Both the position numbers and the translations under genes were made by a program. A stretch of DNA of 63,957 bases, the filler included, from Octopus bimaculoides (lineage: Eukaryota): assembly GCF_001194135.2 (NCBI RefSeq). It is 5 parts of 4 records of this genome, joined end to end, with 100 filler letters (N's around TTAATTAATTAA, not from the genome) between each part and the next. Parts side by side here need not be neighbours in the genome. Positions count along the whole stretch, not along the records: positions 1 to 17,747 come from NC_068985.1; positions 17,848 to 38,969 come from NC_068985.1; 3 more parts are not named here. One strand, written 5' to 3'. This document shows, piece by piece, positions 12,200 through 26,010 of the stretch. A model generated the notes under the pieces. That model had not been told where the DNA came from. It saw nothing but the letters and a program-made list of their open reading frames with translations, and searched no databases. Position 1 is the first letter of the stretch. The number at the start of each line of letters is the position of its first letter.

Positions 12200-13520
12200 T
12201 TGGAGTCTTGCATGCGAAGCGTGTTTGCTACCAGCAGTTTACACTACCATGCTGTTTGTTGTTTTCAGCTATCTAATATTTTCTCGGTTATTCTGGCCAC
12301 CCCAAGGCGGCAAACCGTTTGTAGCAGTTCTACTGGGCACTCTATTCCGATTTCCTTTATATCTCACTTGATGCCTTTGATACTATCCCCAAAGATCTAA
12401 CGTTAATTGGCATCTTCTTCAATGTCTATTTTCCCACAATTATGTAGCACATGTGGTTCATATTGTCCACCACCACCACCACCACCATCACCACCACTAG
12501 GTCCGGCTTTTTGTGCTCTAGTACCTGAGGTGTCTGGATGGGGAAATCTCACCGGGTTTTGCAGGTTTCCGACTCCACCACTTTCTGCTGTTCGTGCTCA
12601 AACCACGTGTTGACTCTCTCTAGCCCCCACTTTTCACATACTTTCCAATGTATCACTTTCACTACCTCATCGTGTCGCGACAACTTATAACGCTTTTCGG
12701 CAAGTCTATGGCATTTGTTCATGATATGGGCAACGGTTTTCATCTACTCTATAACATATGCAGCACAGTTGAGATACTTGCTCATTTCTATTGTTGCCAA
12801 TCCAACGTGGCCAAAGCTTGGTCTTGCGCTGCCAGTATGGTGATCTCAATCTCTTCACTCTGTGCTTCTTTGTTCATCCAGTCTTACCTATGTCCTCCAA
12901 CAACTTCACTTGTGGCTTCATGTAATTTATTGTGTAGTCCTTTATTGCATAGTGCTTCTTCATGTTTAGGTTTCTCCCTTTTCTCTGTTTTCAATACACT
13001 CTCATCCCTAAATAGCACTAGGTATACACCCCCATCCCTAAATGGACTAGATATCTTAGTAAGCTTCCGAGCTCAATATGTATCCACTCTTCCGCTCTTA
13101 TAAGTCCCCTCCTCCATTTGCTCTCTTCATGCGTAGGCGATAAGTGTCTACACGCGGATGATGGGATCCATGCACCGTTAGAAGCTTTCTTGTCTCCCTG
13201 TTCAATTCCCTTAGCTCCTCCTCTATCCACTTCAGGATTCCTGTGTCATACAGAACTACTGCGACTGCGCGAGTTTATTGCCGAAATTCTGTTTCTGATA
13301 TTCGGCTTTGAAGCCAAACTTTTTCTCACTCGCTGCAGGTATTCTTTCTGTGTCTTTCCTTTCATATTATAGTGCTTAATTCTATTTGCCTCACGTATAT
13401 ATATAATTCGCAGGTATTTATAACTGGATTCAGATTCAGTTGCCTTCGTCATTTCACCACTTGGCATACAAATAACCTCTTTTGTGACAGGCTTTCCTCC
13501 GTCGCATCCCCATCAAAGCA
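12200..13520 (-). mobile_element. Degenerate R4/Dong-clade non-LTR retrotransposon (RT C-terminal region, zinc-knuckle remnant, RLE)
   Basis: Fragments SYKYLRI..MKGKTQKEYLQRVRKSLASK..ISAINS; HIMNKCHRLAEKRYK..RHDEVVKVIHWKVCEKWG; DFPIQT..KPDLVVV; ELLQTVCRLGVARITEKILDS*; frameshifts and stops. Confidence 0.85.
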
Positions 13521-13539
13521 CATTTTGAAAGTCCAAACT

Positions 13540-14085
13540 CTATCTTGATATCATTTGAGTACACACTGGTCTCTTGATAATGATAAAGCGCTGTCTACAT
13601 TAGTATTCCCGTTTTTGAATTTTTTTAAAAGATCATCTCTGCAAAACCCAACACTTTTATCTAGAAGAGATTCATTTGTCTGGATATTATTATTATTTTT
13701 TTTCTTCTTCTTTCTTCAAATTTTCTTCCATTTCTCGCCAAGTGTTCTCCGTACACATAGGGCAGAGAAGCTCATTGTATGCATTCTCAGTTTACACACG
13801 CAAATTCACAGGTAAAATATGTATTTAAAAAATTAGAATTAATAAATTCATGAATGGATGTTGTTTTCACAGCGATAATGTTCTTCTCAGTACATGAGTC
13901 GTTAGAGTTAACACGATTTTTTTGCATTTCCTGTAGGGATGATAAGCCTGGTATCATTTTGAAATAGGTTTCAGTACCTTTTTTTTATCATTCCTAGAAA
14001 TCCTACAATCACTGGTACGGTAGTCGCCTTGAGATGCCACAATTTTTCAATTTCTATTAGCAAGTCTTTATATTTACTACTCTTT
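13540..14085 (-). mobile_element. 3' fragment of a second R4/Dong-like LINE
   Basis: SKYKDLLIEIEKLWHLKATTVPVIVGFLGMIKK...QEMQKIVL..THVLRRTLSL*; starts at an (AAT)n-rich tract. Confidence 0.75.
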
Positions 14086-14636
14086 ATTATTATTATTATT
14101 GTTGTTATTATTATCATTATTATATTTTCATTGTTCCTGTTGTTAGAGTTGATATAGCTGTTGTCGCTGGGGGTGACGCTGTTATTGGCGTTGTGTACAT
14201 TGTTAATATTTTTGTTTTCATCTTTGTTGTATTCATTATTTTTCAATTCTTTTCATTGAGCAGCTATGATTTATATCATACATACATACATACATTCATA
14301 CATGCACGTATATATGAATACAAGCACACACGCGCGAGCACATGTATATATATATATATATATNNNNNNNNNNNNNNNNNNNNNNNNNNNNNNNNNNNNN
14401 NNNNNNNNNNNNNNNNNNNNATATATATTCTTTTGTGCTTATTATGTCAGAGAAAATAATTTCTTGACACCTCTTCAGAATTGGATCTTGTTTACGAGGC
14501 TTACTTCGGCGCTGCCAATAAATATATACATTTATGTAACACACACAGACATATTCATAGGTACATATTCATAAAGATCATATATATACATACACACAAA
14601 TATATATATGTATGCCTGTATACATGTGTATATATG

Positions 14637-14703
<67 letters not shown>

Positions 14704-15964
14704 NNNNNNNNNNNNNNNNNNNNNNNNNNNNNNNNNNNNNNNNNNNNNNNNNNNNNNNNNNNNNNNNNNNNNNNNNNNNNNNNNNNNNNNNNNNNNNNNN
14801 NNNNNNNNNNNNNNNNNNNNNNNNNNNNNNNNNNNNNNNNNNNNNNNNNNNNNNNNNNNNNNNNNNNNNNNNNNNNNNNNNNNNNNNNNNNNNNNNNNNN
14901 NNNNNNNNNNNNNNNNNNNNNNNNNNNNNNNNNNNNNNNNNNNNNNNNNNNNNNNNNNNNNNNNNNNNNNNNNNNNNNNNNNNNNNNNNNNNNNNNNNNN
15001 NNNNNNNNNNNNNNNNNNNNNNNNNNNNNNNNNNNNNNNNNNNNNNNNNNNNNNNNNNNNNNNNNNNNNNNNNNNNNNNNNNNNNNNNNNNNNNNNNNNN
15101 NNNNNNNNNNNNNNNNNNNNNNNNNNNNNNNNNNNNNNNNNNNNNNNNNNNNNNNNNNNNNNNNNNNNNNNNNNNNNNNNNNNNNNNNNNNNNNNNNNNN
15201 NNNNNNNNNNNNNNNNNNNNNNNNNNNNNNNNNNNNNNNNNNNNNNNNNNNNNNNAAAAAAAGGGGCTTTGTATGATTGTGTATAGAGGAATATATTATT
15301 TTGTTTAAAAGAGTTCCAACACTGTCTGTTTTTTATGTTTTATTTATATTCCTGCAAAACCAAGGTGGGATATAGAATATGGAATATACAATATATAATA
15401 TAATATACAATATACAATATATAATATAAAATAAAAATGGATGGTACAATGAAATAAAGTATTGAATGTCTTATTGAATATATGGAATATGTCTTATTGA
15501 ATAGATGAAATATTGAGTGTTTAATATAAAGGATTAAATATATAAAGGCGAATACGTATTTTCTATACCTTGTGGTATTTCATCATGGCCGGTATGACAG
15601 ACTTTAATACATATATGCATATATTTGTGTGCTCTGTGTGTGCGTGCGTGCATGTTTGTGTGTTTATGTGCGTGTATGTATGTTCCTGCGTATGCGTGAG
15701 TAGTATCTTTTGTTTGTAATTCGCATCTCAATTTAAATGTTTAAGGGACATCTCAGAAAACATGAAGGAAATGGTGTGAAAACATCTGTATTCTTTACAC
15801 CTAAAGAAATTAGCATAAAAAGAACATAACTTCTCATATTTACATGCGCACACACAGACATAGCTACATATGCATAGATTTTACTCATATGGACAATAAC
15901 GTATAGAAGAAGCACAGCAATTGACGCATCCGCATTTTTAATATACGAATGATGTTGAAAAGCA

Positions 15965-16170
15965 GTGACCTGGCAGAATCGTCAGCCTACTGGTCAAAAT
16001 GCTTAGAGGTATTTCGTTCTGCTTTACGTACTGAGTTCAAATTCTATCGAGCTCGACAGTGCCTTTAGTACTCGCGGGGTCTCTGAAATAAGACGTTAAG
16101 CACCAGCGTCGATGAAATCTAGTTGCGCTTTCTACACAAACTTCAGGCGTTGTGCCTCTAGTAGAAAAAA
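15965..16170 (+). mobile_element. SINE family B
   Basis: CTGGCAGAATCGTCAGC...GAGTTCAAATTC...CTTCAGGCGTTGTGCCTCTAGTAGAAA. Confidence 0.7.
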
Positions 16171-16304
16171 AAAAATCGTATCTATGATGTTCACCATGAT
16201 CTGTCTGCAAATCTTTAGGCAAATTCATCTGTCATTAGCAGATTATCTTGGAGAATAATCCATTTCATCCATATTCTCTGACTGTACATACACAAATACA
16301 TGCA

Positions 16305-16395
<91 letters not shown>

Positions 16396-16601
16396 GTACA
16401 ATATATAAGCAAAAGTACACAAACTAAAAGGCAAACTTATAAGTAGAAACATTTGTGTTAAGCTTGATGTTATGCACCCTGTAATCACCCCATTTCGTTA
16501 CAGATTCAGAAAAAAAAAATATTTAACTGAACATTCACCGCTGTATTAATTAATTTACTGATACCAGCTATTTTTCTGGAAACTGTAGTGCAGCATCATC
16601 A

Positions 16602-16651
16602 ATGGAGTTGTCTACATTATTTGTTCAGTGTTTGGTATTGGTATTTAGTTT
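16602..16651 (+). CDS. Candidate first coding exon (signal-peptide-like), unverified
   Basis: MELSTLFVQCLVLVFS followed by a possible GTGAGG donor, with an upstream CTGTAG acceptor; could be chance. Confidence 0.15.
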
Positions 16652-17339
16652 GTGAGGCAGTTTGATCCCAATGTTCTGACATGTTTTTAAATGGTTTGTA
16701 CAAACTCGATACAATGAAACTGAAACAAATATTTTTCCCAACTTTATCAATGGAACGGTAAAAATATTTCTTTGACTGCAACCGTGACCATTGCGTTTGG
16801 AACAGAGTAATATAAACCAGATTCAGTTACTGAACAGTCAGACACCGACCAAGTAGCCACTGGCTAAGTGGTGTTGTGCAAATTTGTTGATGGATTATAT
16901 TTATCATTTTAGAGCACAAATAATTCTACCGGCTTCGATAAAGATTCCCATAAGCACTCAACAGTAGTCAACGTAAAACTAAGGCAGAAAACATTTTGCT
17001 CGAAATTTCGTGCAGTGGAACTGAACCCGAAAAGACGTAACCACGAGTTGAAATTGTTAACTAGACAGTCGAACGTTTGTGTTTGAATACATTTGTCACT
17101 CTTGACTATATATTCTACTGAGATTCATATACTGTCGATAATAGTCGAAATGCAAATTTTCAACTAAACAGGAAAAGCTGCTGTCGACTATGCCAATAGT
17201 AATTTTAAAAAATACTTGTTACATCGCATCCAAAGTTTGTTACATACAATATATATACATACATATGTAAATATACGTGTCTGTGTGTGTGTGTCTGTGT
17301 GTGTATCTGTTAATACTTATTTCTTTACTGCCCACCAGG

Positions 17340-17710
17340 AGCTACTCACAGAGGGGACAAACAAGGGCAGACAAACGAATTCAGTCGATTATATCGACGC
17401 CAGTGCGTAACTGGTACTTATTTAATCGACCCGGAAAGGATGAAAGGCAAAGGTGACCTCGGCGGAATTTGAACTCAGAAAGTAGCGGCAGGCGAAATGC
17501 CGCTAAGCATTTCGCCCGCCATGCTAACGCTTCTGCCAAGCTCACCGCCTTGCAGTGGAACTCGCCTTTGTGTCTGTTTTTACTGTCGAGGTCAACTTTG
17601 CCTTACATCCGTTCGCGATAGTGTAAAAATAACGATTCAGATACAAGGGACTCCGTAATCGTTTAACCCTCTTCCCTAAAAAAAATCCTTGCCTTGTACC
17701 AATATCATAA
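17340..17710. mobile_element. Two SINE family B copies in opposite orientation (17340-17550 minus, 17585-17710 plus)
   Basis: Matches to other family B copies on each strand. Confidence 0.65.
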
Positions 17711-17747
17711 AGAATTATTACATACATTTACATATAATATATATATA

Positions 17748-17847
17748 NNNNNNNNNNNNNNNNNNNNNNNNNNNNNNNNNNNNNNNNNNNNTTAATTAAT
17801 TAANNNNNNNNNNNNNNNNNNNNNNNNNNNNNNNNNNNNNNNNNNNN
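17748..17847. other. Assembly join marker N44-TTAATTAATTAA-N44 (also at 38970-39069, 51216-51315, 59117-59216)
   Basis: Identical 100-bp layout four times; the 12-mer places stop codons in all six frames. Confidence 0.95.
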
Positions 17848-17877
17848 TTTAAAGATATTTATTTACTTAACCGGTTT

Positions 17878-18455
17878 CACTTTTTTAGAAAAAGATTATC
17901 AAAAGTCTTTGAGAATAATAGAAAATGTTAAAAAACAGTTTGAGTATTAAAATGCATATATACATTCTTTGATGATAATAAGAGGAATATATTTAAAGTA
18001 TAAAGCTTTGTATGAACTTTGTAGTGTTACATACTGATTATCACACATTCTCTGATAATAAGGCGAAAATGTTAAAAACAGTGTAAGTATGAAAATACAT
18101 ATATGGAAAAATACATATACATATTCTTTGATAATTGCAAAAAGTTGAGGAGGAACTGAGCTGGCTTTTTTCTCTTGTGTGTATTGAGGGAATTTGCGAT
18201 TATCAAAGAATATGTATATGTATTTTTCCATATATGTATTTTCATACTTACACTGTTTTAAACATTTTCATCTTATTATCAGAGAATGTGTGATAATCAG
18301 TATGTAACACTACGAAGCTCATACAAAGCATTATACTTTAAATATATTCCTCTTATTATCATCAAAGAATGTATATATGCATTTTAATACTCAAACTGTT
18401 TTTAACATTTTTTATTATTCTCAAAGACTTTTGATAATCTTTTTCTAAAAAAGTG
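17878..18455. mobile_element. Foldback/MITE-like long inverted repeat (arms about 260 bp, spacer about 50 bp)
   Basis: 17878-18140 is a near-perfect reverse complement of 18190-18455. Confidence 0.8.
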
Positions 18456-18794
18456 CATTTTCAAACCTTCTTTCATATATATTTCCACAACTTTACTTTA
18501 TATATATATACACATACATATCTTAACTGTCCATCAAGGTTCATAGTGACATTGTCTTCTTTACTGAGCTGAGAGATGACTGTTCAGTCCAATTCTGATA
18601 GGGCAGGGGAAATGCTTAGATTGTGTCTTGTTTAGGGAGTTCATATCAACATTATCCCTTTTTCCTCAATACGGTGGCATTGACATAGCTCAAAGACTTT
18701 GACTACTTCATCACAAATGCTGTGCTAAGTATTTCTTTCTTGTGAGAGATCTCAAAGCTAGGAGAAATGAACACATACTTATATGCATATATAT

Positions 18795-18842
<48 letters not shown>

Positions 18843-19435
18843 NNNNNNNNNNNNNNNNNNNNNNNNNNNNNNNNNNNNNNNNNNNNNNNNNNNNNNNNNN
18901 NNNNNNNNNNNNNNNNNNNNNNNNNNNNNNNNNNNNNNNNNNNNNNNNNNNNNNNNNNNNNNNNNNNNNNNNNNNNNNNNNNNNNNNNNNNNNNNNNNNN
19001 NNNNNNNNNNNNNNNNNNNNNNNNNNNNNNNNNNNNNNNNNNNNNNNNNNNNNNNNNNNNNNNNNNNNNNNNNNNNNNNNNNNNNNNNNNNNNNNNNNNN
19101 NNNNNNNNNNNNNNNNNNNNNNNNNNNNNNNNNNNNNNNNNNNNNNNNNNNNNNNNNNNNNNNNNNNNNNNNNNNNNNNNNNNNNNNNNNNNNNNNNNNN
19201 NNNNNNNNNNNNNNNNNNNNNNNNNNNNNNNNNNNNNNNNNNNNNNNNNNNNNNNNNNNNNNNNNNNNNNNNNNNNNNNNNNNNNNNNNNNNNNNNNNNN
19301 NNNNNNNNNNNNNNNNNNNNNNNNNNNNNNNNNNNNNNNNNNNNNNNNNNNNNNNNNNNNNNNNNNNNNNNNNNNNNNNNNNNNNNNNNNNNNNNNNNNN
19401 NNNNNNNNNNNNNNNNNNNNNNNNNNNNNNNNNNN

Positions 19436-19493
<58 letters not shown>

Positions 19494-20729
19494 TCCATAC
19501 ATAAATATACATACAGAGACCATGACACACATAACAGACACACATAACAGACACACATGTAAATGTTGGTGAGTTTATCTATGTAAATCTATTGATATTA
19601 GTGAATAGGAAAATGGATATTCAATACCATATTAGAATATAATGATGCATTTGGAGTGGTCCAACTGTCTGTTACTCTGGAGTTTTCTCAATTTGCAGCC
19701 AATTCTTCAGACAAGAAAAGCTGAATAGCAGGAAAAGATTTCTTGTTTTGATAGCCAATGGATCAGTACATATGGTTAGCTGAAATAATAAAGCTGACAA
19801 TACTCAAGTATTATTCATAAACATCTGCACATGAATATGCAGTCCTTTAACCATGAGTTAGCAGAGAAATATGAGTAGGTGTAATAAGCAGTGAGTGAGT
19901 GGGTTTATCTTTGAGGACAGAATTTACAGCTAGCTGGAGAGGGAAACGTGAATAATGGTATTATTAGAAATATGGTGAAATAGTGAAGAAGTTAGTGAAA
20001 AGAAAATAAGTGGGGAATGTCACTGCAATGCAAAAAACCAAAGAAACACTTGAAAGTCAAATTGAAAGTCAAACTGCAAGACATCAAAGCAGAAACTAAT
20101 GAAATGTTTGAGATGTGTTACACAGATAAGCAAGCGACCAGATCGATACACATCATAGAAAGACAGAATGGATTCAACTGAACAGGAGGATACATGTGGG
20201 ATGGAAGAGTTGCTGAAGAGGTCACAGATGTGTGACAAAAAATTTCCAAACAATGGACATAAGACAAAATAAGAACAAAAATAAATGAATGGAAAACAAA
20301 TATACAGTGCATGTGTTTATCTGGTAAGAAAAAGAAAACAACAAATGACCATTCAGAAAAATAATGGTATCTGTTCCAACGCATGATTTCACATCAGAAA
20401 TCTTGCAAAACAATTTCATAAACTTAATGAAGATATATATATAGACACACACACACACATATGCATGCGTGCATGCATATGTGTGTGTGTGTGCATGTGT
20501 GTGTGTGCGTGTGTGTGTGTGCGTGTGTGTGTGTGTGTGTGCGTGTGCGTGTGTGTGTGTGTGTGTGTATACACAAACACACATACGCATATAGTCATAA
20601 ATGACAGAGAAATATTTAGATGAATCTAATATTATGGATTACTTGAATCCATATATTGTGACTTAAAGATATATGTGTGTGTATATATTTATATGTATGT
20701 AAATAACTAACTTGGTTTGTAATCATGAG

Positions 20730-20925
20730 TGCATGGTCGTTGCCAGTGCTGCCTGACAGACTTCCATGCTGGTTGGCATTAGGAATGGCATCCAGCTGTA
20801 GAAACCTTTTCAGATCAGATTGGAATCTGGTGCAGCCTACTGGCTTGCCAGTCTTCAGTCAAGCTGTCTAACCCATGCCACCATAGAAAGCGGACATTAA
20901 ATGATAATGATGATGATGATGATAT
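20730..20925 (+). mobile_element. SINE family D, 3' part with (GAT)n tail
   Basis: GGTTGGCATTAGGAATGGCATCCAGCTGTAGAAAC...GAAAGCGGACATTAAATGAT(GAT)n; related copies at 38640, 40290, 44620, 51020. Confidence 0.7.
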
Positions 20926-23689
20926 ATCTAGATATATGTCTAGATATATANNNNNNNNNNNNNNNNNNNNNNNNNNNNNNNNNNNNNNNNNNNNNNNNNN
21001 NNNNNNNNNNNNNNNNNNNNNNNNNNNNNNNNNNNNNNNNNNNNNNNNNNNNNNNNNNNNNNNNNNNNNNNNNNNNNNNNNNNNNNNNNNNNNNNNNNNN
21101 NNNNNNNNNNNNNNNNNNNNNNNNNNNNNNNNNNNNNNNNNNNNNNNNNNNNNNNNNNNNNNNNNNNNNNNNNNNNNNNNNNNNNNNNNNNNNNNNNNNN
21201 NNNNNNNNNNNNNNNNNNNNNNNNNNNNNNNNNNNNNNNNNNNNNNNNNNNNNNNNNNNNNNNNNNNNNNNNNNNNNNNNNNNNNNNNNNNNNNNNNNNN
21301 NNNNNNNNNNNNNNNNNNNNNNNNNNNNNNNNNNNNNNNNNNNNNNNNNNNNNNNNNNNNNNNNNNNNNNNNNNNNNNNNNNNNNNNNNNNNNNNNNNNN
21401 NNNNNNNNNNNNNNNNNNNNNNNNNNNNNNNNNNNNNNNNNNNNNNNNNNNNNNNNNNNNNNNNNNNNNNNNNNNNNNNNNNNNNNNNNNNNNNNNNNNN
21501 NNNNNNNNNNNNNNNNNNNNNNNNNNNNNNNNNNNNNNNNNNNNNNNNNNNNNNNNNNNNNNNNNNNNNNNNNNNNNNNNNNNNNNNNNNNNNNNNNNNN
21601 NNNNNNNNNNNNNNNNNNNNNNNNNNNNNNNNNNNNNNNNNNNNNNNNNNNNNNNNNNNNNNNNNNNNNNNNNNNNNNNNNNNNNNNNNNNNNNNNNNNN
21701 NNNNNNNNNNNNNNNNNNNNNNNNNNNNNNNNNNNNNNNNNNNNNNNNNNNNNATATATATTTATATATGAGAGGAAGGCATCATAAGAAACAATGAAGC
21801 TGGTAGCCTCTTTGGTGATTATCATAATTCACTCAATACTAAGTTTTATAATGAATTATTCAGTTTAAAAGATGTAATCTTTATAGAAAACATCAGATCA
21901 AAGAGAATATTAGCAGAGTTAGTTTCTGGACGGTATGAACTTTGGTCTCAATTCACAAAAGAAGACAGGGGAAAGATAACCAAAAAGAAAAAAAATAATA
22001 AATAAATAAATAATAAAATGAAAAAAACAAAAAGGTTACTAAATTATAAAAGCAAAAATAAAATAAATACAAAATAAAAAAGAAATATAAATCCTAATAA
22101 ATGGAAATATTAAAATAAAGAACTCTGCAAAAATGTTGTTTGTTTTTTCTCTTATTCAACACAAAGTGTTTCATATATGGTTAGATAACTTTAAACGAAC
22201 TCAACGTCTCGGTTTTTCTTGGTTGCATGTTTTTATTGTATTCTTTTTTCTTTTCTTTTTTGCTTTCTCTATTAGTTTTGTTTTTATGGAGCTGTTTGGT
22301 AAATATAGGAATAGAATTATTTTATTAGTTAATAATCTAAGAAAGAGAATGTCCATGCTGCTACAGTGGCAGTAAAATTTATTTTAGTTGTTGTTTTGTT
22401 GGTTGTGGTTGTGCTGGTTGTTGAGACTCCAGAACAACTGAATATAATTAGAATGAAAATTATTCTTCCCTAACAAAGATGATTCTGCCTCCTCTGTAGA
22501 CATAGGACATGCTGTCCTTTTGGGACATTCTGCAATTCTGAAGAAGGCAACAAGAAGCAATTTGAGAGAAGTTGGTCCTTTCTTTGAACATGCTCTGTAC
22601 TGCACTGCATAGCGTCATGGTTCCTTATTCAAGGCAAATCAATCCTTCCTCTGAAAAGACATCACTGAGTATACCTGAGATAAAAAGGATTCCAGCCATG
22701 ACTATCCCATCTTTTTTTCTCAAACACTATGCAGCACAGAACACACAATTTAATACCATGAAATGGGGTTACTTTGAACAAAATATAACATTTTGTTTCC
22801 TCTTTATATTACAGCTCAAGATTGTGCAGTAACGCAATTTAAAAACAATTTTTCCTTCAGCTGAATGGACTAATTGATTTTTAAAGTGAAGCAAATCCCA
22901 ATTAGTATCATACCTGTACCAAAATATCAAAAGATCCAGAGCATGTTTAAGTGCAACAGAAATATCTTTGTACTTCCAGCACTTAAAAGCAACTCTTACA
23001 GTAGATGGAAAAACTTATCCCGCCAAATAACATATTCAACTTTTGAACATAAGTAGAAAAACGTTACTGTTCAAAGTAACCCCAAATCAGGAATTTCTTT
23101 AAACAGCGACAATTATATAAAAAAAAAGTGATTAAATATTGACTGCAACTTATTTTTATTTCATATATCAGTTTCCCTATTTAGTTCCCTTAACATAGTC
23201 AAATTTAGTTAAGATTGAGGACTATGAGAAAAGGTTAATGAGTACAGTTTATTTCTCTTAATCAGAGGTGAAAAAAATCAAACCTTTATATATAGGAATA
23301 TTATTAGGAATTGTACAAAGAAAAATCAGATGTTTTGTGTATTGCAGAATTATAAGAAATTTATTGCAGATAAATTTGAACAACAAAATCTTCTAGGGAC
23401 CCTGCTAAGGATCAGTGGGGCCCTTGTTGAAAAGCCATGGTTTAAATTAATATTATATTGTTATATTGCATCAATTTTAAATTTGATGTGTTTAAAGACA
23501 AACAATCAGAAAGATATGACCAAGCGTGCACGGTTGCAGTTTAGCCGCTTGCAACATTGTGGACACTGCTGAAGACATGGATAGATTAAATTGTGGCATT
23601 AACAGATGATATCTAACCCTGAAGGACTCACAATGCAAACATAACCATTGATTTCACAATGCAAACATACCAAGCTAAAAGCTTCACAG

Positions 23690-23860
23690 CATTTTGTTTG
23701 TCTTTACGTTCTGAGTACAAATTCCACTGAGGTTAACTTTGCCTTTGAACCTTTTAGGATTAATAAAATAAGTACCAGCTGAGTATTGTTGGGGTTGATG
23801 TAATCAACTTACCTCTTCCTCCCTTGAAATTGCTGGCCTTGTGCCAAAATTTGAAATTAA
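23690..23860 (+). mobile_element. SINE family B (CpG-decayed)
   Basis: CTTTACGTTCTGAGTACAAATTCCACTGAGGTTAACTTTGCC...CCTTGTGCCAAAATTTGAAA. Confidence 0.7.
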
Positions 23861-24789
23861 GCTAGGACAACAAATTGATTTGTCTCCCTTAAAAAAATTA
23901 AAACATAAATTTGATCCTTGTGAGATTTGAATTCAGGGTATGGAGACTTGCTACAAAAACTCCACATGATTTTGCCCTGCTCTTTAAGAATTCCCTAAAT
24001 TCATGAATATATGCGATTGTGAACAATATATTATAATATGAAATTCTTTTCTAGAGCATTCCTATTTTTCTTACAGACAATTCTTTCCCTGTGCAAGCGA
24101 AGCTATGCTCGTATGTCCCATTAAGGATGCTTATTTTCATATCTCTAAAGTATTTAATCTGACGTTTCATTTCAAATAAACCCTGTAGATGTGTTTGAGG
24201 GCTTAAGGTTAGGAAGAGAGATTGGCATGGTATTGGTTACTGCTTCTGAAATAAGAATCTACTGATGGAAGACAAAAGGTGGGGAGATAGAGAAAGGGGA
24301 GAGAGAGAAAGAGAGAGGGGGGAGGGAAACAGAGGGAGAGAGAGAAGGAGAGGAAGAAGGGGGTGTTTTATTTGTTTCTAGTGTACAGCATTTAGACAAA
24401 ATCTAAAAGAAGCCACATTTTAGGGGGTTCACATTTATTTCTCAAAATAATTTTAAGTCATATATGTTTATAATTTTTGTGAGACCTTTTGGAATAATCT
24501 TTTTAAGAGAGGGGTCTCTAGCCAGGGCCTATGAAGAGCTGGAGTGTAGCTAGTCAGTGCATTGGTTCAAGCTACGCATTAGCTGATACATGGGAGAGCT
24601 AAGGTGAAGCTTGTGGCTCTCTGCAGAGGCCTTCCCTAAAATAGTAAAGAAAGTTTAGCAACCCAATCGAACACCCAGACCCTGAAAGTAGTTTTACTCC
24701 CCTTTGGAACATACCGCACCAAAGATCCTGTCTCTAAGCATTCTATAGTTTAAAGTTTTACTACATTTACACCCAACACTAACCACTAT

Positions 24790-25400
24790 AAAGAGAGAGC
24801 ATGGGGCCCAATTCTCTGATTCATGCCTATAGCCCCCCAAAGCATGATGCTCTGGCCACCTCACGCATCTCTCTCTATGACACATGCGTTTCTGTAGTGT
24901 TCACCCCTCCTATGCCACACCCTCACTCTGCCATCCGAGGTGTAACTGCAATACTGGCTCTCATCAGAGAAGACTACCGATCTCCATTGTTGATGCTACC
25001 AATGTTGGTACTGTGTAGCTCAGTGTAGTCGTACCTGATGGTGGTGGGCAGTGAGGACAGGCCCTCAAGCAGGACGATGGTAATGCAGGTTGTTAGCAGC
25101 CTCTCAATGTACCATGTCATCACTGATGGGTTGCTGTCGAGTGCCAATGGTTGTGTGAACTGTCAGGCCGACCAGTCTGAAGTGATCACAGACGTTTTGC
25201 AGGTAGATGAAGTCAACCTGCCTGGGTGTGGTCACCTGGGGGTGCCCTTTGTGGGCAGGGTCTGCAGTGTTGTTGCTGTTGTATCACTGTTGCAGGCGAT
25301 TGATGGTGCTGACATGGACATTATAAGCTTTTGCAACAACCAGGGCACGCTGCTCTGCTTGCGATTGACCAAAAGCTTGTTCTCTCTGAGTTGCTGACAA
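24790..25400 (-). mobile_element. Tc1-like transposase remnant, colinear (copy A)
   Basis: AKAYNVHVSTINRLQQ (HTH)...RQQPISDDMV...WRSVVFSDESQ...RVRVWHRRGEHY..ACVIERD...SIMLWG with stops. Confidence 0.85.
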
Positions 25401-26010
25401 TTGCATCATACATGTACCGAGAGTGATAAAAATCAAACATCCAGTCAACATCATGGTGCTTTTGGAGTGATCACTAGTGATGGCAATGTTATGCCTCCAT
25501 TCATCTTCCCACATGGCCTCAGACTGAACATGGAGGCCTACATCAAGAGCTTGGAGGAAGTAGTGCTGTCTTGGGTCAAGAGGGTGGCTGCTGGAAGACC
25601 CTATGTCTGGCAACAGGACTCTGCACCATGAGAACCCAGTCATGGCTGTCAGACAATTTCTGTGACCACACCACCTAACTCCCCACACTGCAACCCCCTT
25701 GATTATTACGTATGGGGCACAGTTGAGCGAGAGACCAGTAAAACTCCTTGTAACACGAAAGATGAAATGGAGGCAAGGATTATGGCAGCATTCACTAACT
25801 TAAATAGGGAGACCATCCAGAAGAGTTGCAGGAGATTTCGAAGTCGTCTGGAGGCTGTGGTTAAAGCCAATGGCGATTTTATTGAATAAATTTACTCTTT
25901 GATATTTCAAGATATTTTTATGTAATTTTGGTAAATATATCTGTTAAAATGAGATGTTAGTGTTATTTTCATTTTTGTGCAATTCAGATGACAATTTATT
26001 CACCACACCC
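25400..26010 (+). mobile_element. maT/DD37D-like (Tc1/mariner superfamily) transposon remnant, C-terminal half and 3' end
   Basis: FGVITSDGNVMPPFIFPHG...RPYVWQQDSAP...PPNSPHCNPLDYYVWG...RRFRSRLEAVVKANGDFIE*; third catalytic residue is Asp (PLDY); family assignment inferred because small deletions obscure the spacing. Confidence 0.8.

Noticed and set aside
17792-17803. TTAATTAATTAA 12-mer recurring four times
   Set aside because: Always flanked by exactly 44 N on each side, so it is an assembler spacer and not biological sequence
20020-20400. Purine-rich stretch that looks like a decayed LINE ORF
   Set aside because: Many stops and no diagnostic motif; could not be assigned
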